Below, in pieces: positions 1-8,213 of a stretch of DNA of 64,000 bases. Each line of letters opens with the position of its first letter. Position 1 is the first letter of the stretch. The position numbers and the translations under genes are program-made. Below the pieces are notes generated by a model. The model was not told the origin of the DNA and did not search any database. It was given only the letters and a program-made list of their open reading frames with translations. Origin of the DNA: an uncultured Solirubrobacterales bacterium (lineage in GTDB: Bacteria; Actinomycetota; Thermoleophilia; Solirubrobacterales; Solirubrobacteraceae); contig CAVPDT010000001.1 in assembly GCA_963702725.1 (NCBI GenBank), forward strand, positions 41,803 through 105,802, written 5' to 3'.

Positions 1-712
1 CCCCGAGATCGGGACGGTGATCGAGGATCGAGGTGGCGCGCTCGGCCGACTCGGCGTAGGCGATCGAGGAGCGGATCGGGGTGTCGAACACGCGCTCGCC
101 GAAGCGCTCCTTCAGCGAGACGAACGCCTCGCGCGAGTGCACGGTGCGCATGTCGGCGAGGTTCAGCAGCACGCCTAGCAACTCCAATTTCGGGTTGAGA
201 CCGTCCCGGGCGAGCTCGATCACCTCCATCGCCTGCTCGACGCCCTGCAATGCGAAGTACTGCGCCTCGGCCGTCACCAGCGCGCGATCGGCGGCCACGA
301 GCGCGTTGACCGTCAAGAGCCCGAGCGAGGGCGGACAGTCGATCAGGATCAGCTCGTACCCGTCGCCGACCTGCGCCAACGCGCGGCGCAACGTCAGCTC
401 GCGGCCCATCTTTGCGCCCAGCATCAGCTCGGCCTCGGCGAGGCTCAGGTTGGCGGGGATCAGATCGTCGTGGACCGCCTCGGCCGCGGTCGCCCGGCCG
501 CAGAGCACGTCGGAGATCGTCGGCTCGACCTCGGGCGGCAGGTCGAAGTAGTCCGAGAGGTTGCCCTGCGGATCGAGATCGACGGCGAGCGTGCTGATCC
601 CGGCGCGGCGAAACGCGTCCGCGAGCGTGCGCACGGCGGTCGTCTTGCCTGTCCCGCCCTTCTGCGACAGCACCGCGATCGTTGTCGTCGTCATCGTTCC
701 GGTGGCCGTCAT
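1..712 (-). CDS. ParA/Soj family ATPase (3' end runs off the window start)
   Basis: Manual translation of the minus strand from ATG 712: MTATGTMTTTTIAVLSQKGGTGKTT (deviant Walker A), VDLDPQGNLS, ILIDCPPSLGLLTVNAL; TAGTAT -10 8 nt upstream. Not in the ORF track because it is incomplete. Confidence 0.9.
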   Translation of the reverse strand, partial: MTATGTMTTTTIAVLSQKGGTGKTTAVRTLADAFRRAGISTLAVDLDPQGNLSDYFDLPPEVEPTISDVLCGRATAAEAVHDDLIPANLSLAEAELMLGAKMGRELTLRRALAQVGDGYELILIDCPPSLGLLTVNALVAADRALVTAEAQYFALQGVEQAMEVIELARDGLNPKLELLGVLLNLADMRTVHSREAFVSLKERFGERVFDTPIRSSIAYAESAERATSILDHRPDLG

Positions 713-827
713 GAGGCGCGATACTACGCGCCGCGCGCCCGCGCCGGGATGCGGTGCTATCCGGCCCGAGCCGAGGTGTTCGAAGGTGTCGGAGCGAGTC
801 GCCGCGCCACGTCGGCGAATGGCCGGT

Positions 828-1556
828 TCAACCGGCGCCGTGCAGGGTCTTCGCGCCCCGGGCGCCATCAAGCTGGGCGGGGATGCTCAGAAACCGCAGC
901 CGGTAGCGGCCGACGAGGATCTCGTCGCCGTCCTGCAGCACCTTCCGCTCGATCCGCGAGCCGTTCACGAACACGCCGTTGAGGCTGCGATCGTCGAGCA
1001 CCCTGACCCCGTCGGCCTGACGCACGACCAGCGCGTGGCGGCGGGAGACGGTCGGATCGTCAAAGCGCACGTCCGCAGCGAGGCTGCGCCCGATGCGCGT
1101 CCACTCGCGCGTCAGCGCGACCGTCTTCAACTCGTCGCCGTCTTCGTAAGCGAGATACTCGCCGGACTCCTCCAGTTGTCCGCGGGCGTGCTCGAGCCAC
1201 GCCTCGCCGTCGACGGGCTCGGGGCGCGACAGCGAGCCGGCGCGCACGGCGCCGGTCCTGAGCGTGTCCGCGCAGTTCATTCGCCTGCCGGCGCCGGCGG
1301 CGCTCGCCTTGCCTGCGCCCATGCGCCCGGCGAGGATCGGATCGTCTGCGCCGGATACGCCCGACCGGGCCGGACCGGTGATGCGGCCACGGGCCAGACC
1401 GCCGGCGCTGAACAGCGACGCCCGCACGAAGTCATGGCCGCCGCAGCCGGGACAATCGCTCAGCGTGTCGGCGCCCGCGAGCGTAAGCACGTATCCGCAG
1501 TGCCCGCACCGGAACGAGCCGGCGCCTGCCATGGTGCCCGAAGTAAGCGATTCCAT
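828..1556 (-). CDS. FHA domain protein with N-terminal zinc ribbon
   Basis: CGHC-x14-CPGC at the N-terminus; FHA motifs RIGRS...VSRRHA...SLNGVFVNG...LQDGDEI. Confidence 0.85.
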   Translation of the reverse strand: MESLTSGTMAGAGSFRCGHCGYVLTLAGADTLSDCPGCGGHDFVRASLFSAGGLARGRITGPARSGVSGADDPILAGRMGAGKASAAGAGRRMNCADTLRTGAVRAGSLSRPEPVDGEAWLEHARGQLEESGEYLAYEDGDELKTVALTREWTRIGRSLAADVRFDDPTVSRRHALVVRQADGVRVLDDRSLNGVFVNGSRIERKVLQDGDEILVGRYRLRFLSIPAQLDGARGAKTLHGAG

Positions 1557-1841
1557 CCTGTGTTCACGCCCCTTTCTGCTGTCTGGTTTCCCCAGGGTGC
1601 CACGCCAGTCAGGACGAACTCGTGGCGATCATAACAAGCTCGGCAACTTGGTGTAAGCCACGGTCGCGAGTTCTGGCAAGAGAAATTTAGCACTCGGTCT
1701 CCGATCATGAATCCGCAGGCGCCCGCCGTACGCCTATAGCTTTTCTACCCATGCTCAAGTCCGTGTAAACCCGGGGCTTCGCAGACCTTCTCGATGCTTT
1801 CGAGGGCAGGAGTGTCGCCGGCTCCGGCGAACCCAGCCCCA

Positions 1842-2105
1842 ATGAGCCGCCCCGCCGAGCGTGACATCGAGCAGTTCGAGCGCTTCCTATTGCGTCGCGG
1901 GGTCTGCGCGCTGGAGGCCGATCGCGATCGCTGCGCGGACTGCGGTCGCACTCCGCTCGTGGGCGAGCACGTCCACCTGCATTCGAGCGTCCCGGGCATC
2001 GTCTGCGAGCTGTGCAGTCCGCTGCGCCGCGAGCATCCGGTCGCGACCGAGCTCGTGCGCCACTCCGAGCACGGTCACACCGTGCGCCTGCGGCGCGCCG
2101 CCTAG
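1842..2105 (+). CDS. small Cys-rich hypothetical protein (CxxC-x20-CxxC)
   Basis: ATG 1842, MSRPAERDIEQFERFLLRRG...CADC...CELC; host-like codon usage. Confidence 0.65.
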   Translation: MSRPAERDIEQFERFLLRRGVCALEADRDRCADCGRTPLVGEHVHLHSSVPGIVCELCSPLRREHPVATELVRHSEHGHTVRLRRAA

Positions 2106-2158
2106 ACGCTTCTTCGTTACGGCAATCGCCGCGCGCGCCGATTAGACTGGCGGCGCAT

Positions 2159-2653
2159 ATGGACCCCATGACCGTGTCGATCGTCGTCGACCGCCCGCGC
2201 GAGCAGGTGTTCGACTACCTGCAGGACATCGCCAACCATTCGGAGTTCACCGACCACTACCTGGTCGATTGGCGTTTGACCCGCATCGACTCGGTCGGTC
2301 GTGGCGCCGGCGCGCGCTTCCGCCTGAAGGCCCCCGGCGCGCGATTCGCATGGGGGGACGTCACGTTCGTGGAGGTCGATCGTCCCCACCGGATCGTCGA
2401 GGCCGGTCGCACGGGCAAGAACAACCGCGTGCGCACGCGCGGAGTGTATGAGTTGGCGGCGGGCGCCTCGGGGACGACGCGGGTCCGGTTCACGGTGCAG
2501 ACCCAGCCCGCGACGCTCGCCGATCGCCTGCTTGAGGGGTTCGGCGCGCGTGGCTGGATGCGCCGTCAGAACAACCGCGCGATGCGTCGCCTGCGCACTA
2601 TCCTCGAGTCCGGCGAGGGCCGCGGCCAGCGCGTCACGGTCGCCGGTGGATAG
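2159..2653 (+). CDS. SRPBCC/polyketide cyclase-like family protein
   Basis: MDPMTVSIVVDRPREQVFDYLQD...GVGRGAGARF pattern typical of SRPBCC. Confidence 0.8.
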   Translation: MDPMTVSIVVDRPREQVFDYLQDIANHSEFTDHYLVDWRLTRIDSVGRGAGARFRLKAPGARFAWGDVTFVEVDRPHRIVEAGRTGKNNRVRTRGVYELAAGASGTTRVRFTVQTQPATLADRLLEGFGARGWMRRQNNRAMRRLRTILESGEGRGQRVTVAGG

Positions 2654-2665
2654 ACTGCCGCGCGC

Positions 2666-3259
2666 ATGTTCAGCCGCCGCCTGCGCAAGCCGACGCTACC
2701 CCTCGCCCTCTTGCTGCTCGCAGCGCTCGCGCTGAGCGCCTGCGGGAACTCGGACACGAAGGTCACGACCGGCACCTATGCCGGTGAGTCGGGCCAGAAC
2801 GCCCCGTATCTGAACGTCGGCCCGCTCGTCTACGAGGTTCAGCTCTCGCGGGAGCTGAACCCCGCGAACGTCGAAGACTCAGCCTATCTGCAGGGCTTGA
2901 CACCGCTGCAGCGCAAGCTCGTGCCCGGGCAGGAGTGGTTCGCGGTATTCATCCAGGTCTACAACCACTCCTCCGTGGCCCACCTCGGCGCGAACGCGAT
3001 CGCGATCAGCGACACGCAGAACAACTTCTACGCCCCGATCGTCCCGAACCAGACCAACCAGTTCGCCTACCGCGGCGGGTTCATCCCTCCCAACAGCCAG
3101 ATCCCGGCGCCCAGCACGATCGCCGCCAACGGCGGCACCCAGGGCGCGCTGCTGCTGTACAAGATCCGCGTCGTCTCGCTCGACAATCGGCCGTTGACGA
3201 TCCACATCGTCGATCCAAAAGACGCCACACAGCGGGCTTCAGCCGAGCTCGACGTCTGA
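2666..3259 (+). CDS. hypothetical lipoprotein
   Basis: Basic N-terminus, hydrophobic stretch, lipobox LSA-C. Confidence 0.75.
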   Translation: MFSRRLRKPTLPLALLLLAALALSACGNSDTKVTTGTYAGESGQNAPYLNVGPLVYEVQLSRELNPANVEDSAYLQGLTPLQRKLVPGQEWFAVFIQVYNHSSVAHLGANAIAISDTQNNFYAPIVPNQTNQFAYRGGFIPPNSQIPAPSTIAANGGTQGALLLYKIRVVSLDNRPLTIHIVDPKDATQRASAELDV

Positions 3260-3315
3260 TCTGACGGGTGTCTCCTCGCCCCTGGCGGCGTCCTTACCGA
3301 TCGGCGCGGCCGGGG

Positions 3316-5163
3316 TCAGCCGCTCGCGTGCAGTCCCGCCTCGATGACTTCCCGCGCGACCGGCGCCGCGGTGGCGCCGCCGGCGCCGTCTTTGACCATC
3401 AGCACGCAGACCGCGATACGGGGATGCAGCGCGGGCGCGAAGGCCGCGAACCAAGCGTCGGTGTTGCTCGGATCGCTGGCCGCGCCCTGACAGCTCGAGC
3501 CGTGTGATTCTTCTGCGCTCGCGCTTTCCTTTGTCCCGCCTTCTTCGCCGCTGCCCGAGCACGAGTTCGCGGTGCCCAGTTCGGCCGTGCCGGTCTTCCC
3601 CGCGACCGTAACGCCAGGGATCGCGGCCGCGGTGCCGGTGCCTTCGCGCACGACGCCGATCATCAGCCGCCGGACGGTGTGAGCCACGCTCGCGCTGGTC
3701 GCGCTCGTGACCGCATGAGTGTGCGCGTCGAGCGCGAACGTCGCTTGCGGGCGGTGTCCGCCATCGGCGATCGTGGCGGCGACGGTCGCCATCTGCAGGG
3801 GACTCGCCTGCACCTCGCCCTGGCCGATCGCGGTCGAACCGACTTCCAGTTCGCCCTGGATTCGCGAAGCTGCCGGCAGCGTGCTTTCGACCGCCCCGGG
3901 GACCCCCGGCGGGTGGTTGAAGCCGTACGCTTCGGCCATCGCGACCAGTCGCGGCGCACCGAGCTTGACCCCGAGCGGCGTGAACACCGAGTTGCACGAG
4001 ACCGCGAACGCCAGCGCCAGCGAGCCGCCGCATTCCTCGCCGTTGGCGTTGCTCAGCTTGACCCCGTCGAGCGTTGCATAGGTGGCGTAGGGGAACGTCG
4101 TGCGCGGGTTGGCGACACCGGCCTGCAGAACGCCGCTGAGCGTGATCATCTTGAAGGTCGAGCCCGGCGGCTGCAGGTCGTCGATGCCCAGGCCGGCGAC
4201 CGCGAGGATCTGGCCGGTGCCGGGCTGCATCGCCACCACCCCGCCGAGCTGACCGCCGAGCGCGGTGACGGCCGCGCGCTGCACCGCCGGGGAGATCGTC
4301 GTATGCACCGCCGGCGCCGCTTTCGGCACGGCAATCGCCAGCACGCGGGTCGATCCGCCCGACTGCGATCCGTCGGCGAGCAGTTCCCCTCCGGGCGTGC
4401 CGCGCAGGCGCGCGTCCAGGGCAGCCTCGATACCGCTGACTCCGACGAGTGCGTCGGCGGGCACTCCTTCGGCTTCCAGTCGGGGCGCCAGCGCGGCCGG
4501 CACCGGCCCGACTTCGCCCAGCACCGCGCCGGCCGCGGCGCCGAGCGGCGACTCGCGCTGCCCGGCTTCGGTCGCGGAGCCTTCGCCCAGCACCGACCCG
4601 TCTCGCGCCAAAACGCTCGCGCGGCGCGGCAGGGTCATCTTGCGGGTAAGCACCTCGCCGGCGCGCAGGCCGGGGAACTCCAGCGAGCGCGACCACACGA
4701 TCCCGCGGGCGCCGGCGCTCCCGCCGGCGATCTTCATGACGAACGCCAGCTGCAGCGTGCCGAACAGGCGGGTGTGCACGCGCACCGGAATCGCCACGAG
4801 CCCTCCGGGCGCCGCGTGCGGCTTGCCGGTCGCCAGCAGGCGCGTGGCGGTCGCGGTACGCAGCGCGTGCCGGTAATCGTCCGCCAGCTCCTGCGCAGAG
4901 ACGGCCCGTTTCGAGCTCGCGTCGATGTCACCGTACATCGTCGCGTAATCCCCACGGGTCCATGCGTCGACGAAGTGGCCCGCGAGCGCCTGCGCGGGGT
5001 TGGGGCCGTGGCCGGCGCCGACGATCGCCCCGATCACGAACGCGACCGCCGCGAGCGCGATCACCGGCCGCGCGCGCATCGCGCGCCGGCGGCGATCGTG
5101 GTCCCCTGGACGGAGACCGCCGCCCGCGGCGCCCGCACGTTCGCCGGCGGATGTCGCGTTCAC
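3316..5163 (-). CDS. penicillin-binding protein (NTF2-like N-terminal + transpeptidase domain); start uncertain (5079, 5163 or 5232)
   Basis: TM anchor; SxxK (PGSTFK), SxN (SCN), KTG motifs. Confidence 0.9.
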   Translation of the reverse strand: MNATSAGERAGAAGGGLRPGDHDRRRRAMRARPVIALAAVAFVIGAIVGAGHGPNPAQALAGHFVDAWTRGDYATMYGDIDASSKRAVSAQELADDYRHALRTATATRLLATGKPHAAPGGLVAIPVRVHTRLFGTLQLAFVMKIAGGSAGARGIVWSRSLEFPGLRAGEVLTRKMTLPRRASVLARDGSVLGEGSATEAGQRESPLGAAAGAVLGEVGPVPAALAPRLEAEGVPADALVGVSGIEAALDARLRGTPGGELLADGSQSGGSTRVLAIAVPKAAPAVHTTISPAVQRAAVTALGGQLGGVVAMQPGTGQILAVAGLGIDDLQPPGSTFKMITLSGVLQAGVANPRTTFPYATYATLDGVKLSNANGEECGGSLALAFAVSCNSVFTPLGVKLGAPRLVAMAEAYGFNHPPGVPGAVESTLPAASRIQGELEVGSTAIGQGEVQASPLQMATVAATIADGGHRPQATFALDAHTHAVTSATSASVAHTVRRLMIGVVREGTGTAAAIPGVTVAGKTGTAELGTANSCSGSGEEGGTKESASAEESHGSSCQGAASDPSNTDAWFAAFAPALHPRIAVCVLMVKDGAGGATAAPVAREVIEAGLHASG

Positions 5164-5280
5164 GGTCGATCCCGCGGTGGAGTGTTCACGTCGCAGAACG
5201 GTAGAACATGACTCGGTGACACATGGCTCCACGAACCTGCTCTCGGGCGGCGGCGACGGTCGCGATCGGCGGGTGGGCGC

Positions 5281-6441
5281 GTGACGAGGATCGACTGGGC
5301 GATCGTCGCCTTCGCGGCGCTGCTGGCGGGATTCGGATTCCGGCGGGGGTTCATCGTGGGCGCGCTCTCGTTTGCGGGTTTTGCACTTGGTGCATTCATC
5401 GGAACTCGCCTCGGTCCTCTTCTGTTGGGGCGCGGATCGTCCTCGCCGTATGCGCCTGCATTCGGGCTGATCGGCGCGCTGCTGGCCGGGGCGATCCTGG
5501 CGAGCGGCCTGGAGGGGGTCGGCCTCAGGCTGTCGCGCCGCACGCTGATCGTTCCGGGGGCGGGCCTGCTCGACGGTCTGCTCGGGGCGGCGCTCGGCGC
5601 CGCGCTGGGCCTGGGCATCGTCTGGATCGTGGCGGCGGTGGCGGCGCAGACACCCGGAGCGGGACGGCTGCGCGCAGACATCCAGCGCTCGGTCGTCCTG
5701 GGCGAACTCAACCGGGTGCTGCCACCGTCGGGGCCGATCCTGAACGCGCTTTCGCGCTTGGATCCGTTGCCGCAGCTCGCGGGTCCCTCGCCGGACGTCG
5801 CGGCGCCGCTGCCGCGGATCGGACGTGCTCCGGGTGTGCGCGGCGCCTCACGCGGCGTGGTGCGCGTGCTCGGCAGCGCCTGCGGGCTGGCGATCGAGGG
5901 CTCGGGCTGGGTCGCGCGCCCGGATGAGGTCGTCACGAACGCGCACGTGGTCGCCGGCGAGCGAGACACGACCGTCGAGGTCGGCGGCCACCCGCCCGCT
6001 CTGGCGGCGCAAGCGATCTTGTTCGATCCGACCGATGACATCGCGCTGCTGCGCGTTCCCGGACTCGGCGAGAGCCCGTCGCTGCGCGTGGTGGGCGAAC
6101 CGGCGTCTGCCAGCGCCGGCGCGATCCTCGGCTATCCCGAGAACGGCCCCTATGACGTGCAGCCTGGGCGTATCGGCCGCACCCAGACGGTGCTCACCGA
6201 CAATGCCTACGGACAGGGACCCGTGCGTCGGCTGCTGACGCCGCTGCGCGGACGGGTGCGACCGGGCAACTCCGGCGGACCGCTCGTGGACTCAAGCGGT
6301 GCGGTGTTGACGACCGTGTTCGCCGGGACCGTCGGCGGCCATCCCGCCGGAGGCTACGGTGTGGCCAACGCGACGGTCGTGCGTCTGTTGGCTCGGGCGG
6401 GGTCAGCGGCGGTGAGCACCGGTCCGTGCGCGGCCGGATAA
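5281..6441 (+). CDS. marP: MarP-family membrane serine protease (CvpA-like TM region + trypsin domain)
   Basis: Four TM segments, TNAHVV, DIALL, GNSGGP catalytic motifs. Confidence 0.85.
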   Translation: MTRIDWAIVAFAALLAGFGFRRGFIVGALSFAGFALGAFIGTRLGPLLLGRGSSSPYAPAFGLIGALLAGAILASGLEGVGLRLSRRTLIVPGAGLLDGLLGAALGAALGLGIVWIVAAVAAQTPGAGRLRADIQRSVVLGELNRVLPPSGPILNALSRLDPLPQLAGPSPDVAAPLPRIGRAPGVRGASRGVVRVLGSACGLAIEGSGWVARPDEVVTNAHVVAGERDTTVEVGGHPPALAAQAILFDPTDDIALLRVPGLGESPSLRVVGEPASASAGAILGYPENGPYDVQPGRIGRTQTVLTDNAYGQGPVRRLLTPLRGRVRPGNSGGPLVDSSGAVLTTVFAGTVGGHPAGGYGVANATVVRLLARAGSAAVSTGPCAAG

Positions 6442-6442
6442 C

Positions 6443-7288
6443 TCAGGTCCCGGCGGCGGCCGGGCGCGCGGTGGAGCGGGATCTCGCCGGCCGTTTAGCG
6501 GGGGCTGGTGAGGTGTCCGTGGCGGCGCCCGACTTCCGATCGGCCAACTCGCCCGCGGCCCGCTCGTCGATTGCGCTCTGCACTTGCGCCAACCGGCGCA
6601 CGAGCCCGGAGCGGACGCTCTCGAGCTCGGGGGCGCTCAGCAGCGTCGGGCCGGGGCCGCGACGGGTGGCGGTCGATCGCGGGGCGACGCCGGGATGTTC
6701 GGCTTCCATCTCGGCGATCGCCCGCTCGAGCGTGGCTATCTGCGTGCGCAACGCGCGCCGGCGCGCAGCCGCCTCGTCGGCCTCGGCGCCGACGCTCTGC
6801 GCCGGTATCTCGACCGCGCCGCTCGTCGACGCTGCGTCCGCATGGCCGCTCGCAGGTGGGACGCCGGCGCTCGGCTGGTCCGCCGGCATGGCGACGTACA
6901 GCGCCGCGGCGACCTCGCGCGGGTCCACGCCGATCGCCTCGGCTTCGCGGGCCGCGTCGGCGGCGATCGTGCCGATCGCCGAGGGGCGGCGCAGCGTCGA
7001 TGAGACGAACGTGCCGCTGCCCTGGCGGCTTTCGAGCAGGCCCCGCTGTTCCAGGCGCTGATAGACGGCGCGGACGGTGTTGACGTTCAGGCCGCTCGCC
7101 TGGGCCATCTCGCGCAGGCCCGGCAGGCGCTGGCCGGGACGGAGCTCACCGTCGTGGATGCGGGCCGAGAGCGCCCACCCGAGTTGCAGTCCGATCGGCA
7201 CGTCGGCATCGCGGTCGATCGCCGCCGCGAACTCCTCCAGGCGACGCTCGGTCGGCGCTGCGAGATGATTTTCGGACTGAGCGTTCAC
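6443..7288 (-). CDS. GntR family transcriptional regulator (YtrA-like) with long C-terminal extension
   Basis: PGQRLPGLREMA...VNTVRAVYQRLEQRGLLESRQGSGTFV. Confidence 0.9.
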   Translation of the reverse strand: MNAQSENHLAAPTERRLEEFAAAIDRDADVPIGLQLGWALSARIHDGELRPGQRLPGLREMAQASGLNVNTVRAVYQRLEQRGLLESRQGSGTFVSSTLRRPSAIGTIAADAAREAEAIGVDPREVAAALYVAMPADQPSAGVPPASGHADAASTSGAVEIPAQSVGAEADEAAARRRALRTQIATLERAIAEMEAEHPGVAPRSTATRRGPGPTLLSAPELESVRSGLVRRLAQVQSAIDERAAGELADRKSGAATDTSPAPAKRPARSRSTARPAAAGT

Positions 7289-7321
7289 ATCCCAACGGTA
7301 GCGCCTCGGTCGCTCAAAAGA

Positions 7322-7349
7322 CCAGTGTGTTGGTCAACTAGTACACTGG
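7322..7349. promoter_or_regulatory. palindromic operator overlapping the TACACT -10 of the yrbE-like gene (candidate YtrA/GntR site)
   Basis: CCAGTGT-gttggtcaactagt-ACACTGG, between the divergent gntR and permease starts. Confidence 0.6.
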
Positions 7350-7353
7350 CAGA

Positions 7354-8145
7354 ATGAATCGGGCGTTCTTGCCGGCACGAGGCCTGATGGAGGAAGTGGG
7401 GGACATGATGATCCTCACCGCCAGGACGGTTTCCTCTGCCCTGTTGCCCCCGTATCCGTACGGTGAGGAGTTCGTGTCGCAGTTTCTGTTCGCGCTGCGG
7501 CTGTGCTGGCTGCCGCTGTTGATCTCCAGCGTGGCGATCAACTACGCCGTGCCCGGCATGCAGGCGGTGAACTTCTTTTCGCTCTTTGGCGCGCTGGACC
7601 GCGTCGGGGGCATTTTCGTGCTCGCCGCGCTGCGCGAACTCGGGCCGGCCGTGACCGCGATCGTGCTCGCGGGCGTCGCGGGCACGGCGATCACCGCTGA
7701 CCTCGGGGCGCGCAAGGTGCGCGAGGAGCTCGACGCGCTGCAGGTGCTGGGCGTGGACCCGATCAAGAATCTGGTCGTGCCGCGCTTTCTGGCGCTGATG
7801 CTCGCGACCGGTCTGTTCGACATCTACGCGGTCCTGTTCGGCATCTTCGGTGGTCTGCTCGCGGAGCTCGTCAACGGTCAGCCGCTGGGACCGTTTTGGA
7901 CGACTTTCTTCGCCAACGCGGACGTCACCGATCTGTGGGGGTCTGTACTGAAGACGCTGATCTACGGGGCGATCATCGCGATCGTGTGCTGCTACAAGGG
8001 CATGACCGCCTCCGGCGGCGCCGAGGGCGTGGGCAGGGCGGTTAATCAGGCGGTGGTGATCTCTTTTCTGGGCTTGGGCGCCTTCAACTACGCCTTCACG
8101 CAGATGCTGCTCGCCACGCATCCCCAGATCCTCGTCATCAAGTGA
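7354..8145 (+). CDS. MlaE/YrbE family ABC transporter permease
   Basis: RELGPAVTAIVLAG...ADLGARKVREELDALQVLGVDPI...PR; GGAEGVGRAVNQAVV. Confidence 0.9.
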   Translation: MNRAFLPARGLMEEVGDMMILTARTVSSALLPPYPYGEEFVSQFLFALRLCWLPLLISSVAINYAVPGMQAVNFFSLFGALDRVGGIFVLAALRELGPAVTAIVLAGVAGTAITADLGARKVREELDALQVLGVDPIKNLVVPRFLALMLATGLFDIYAVLFGIFGGLLAELVNGQPLGPFWTTFFANADVTDLWGSVLKTLIYGAIIAIVCCYKGMTASGGAEGVGRAVNQAVVISFLGLGAFNYAFTQMLLATHPQILVIK

Positions 8146-8213
8146 TCGCACCGGCAGGGCGCACCGACGGGATGAAAAGCCCGCGGGCGGAGCCACCCGC
8201 TACGCTGACCGCC

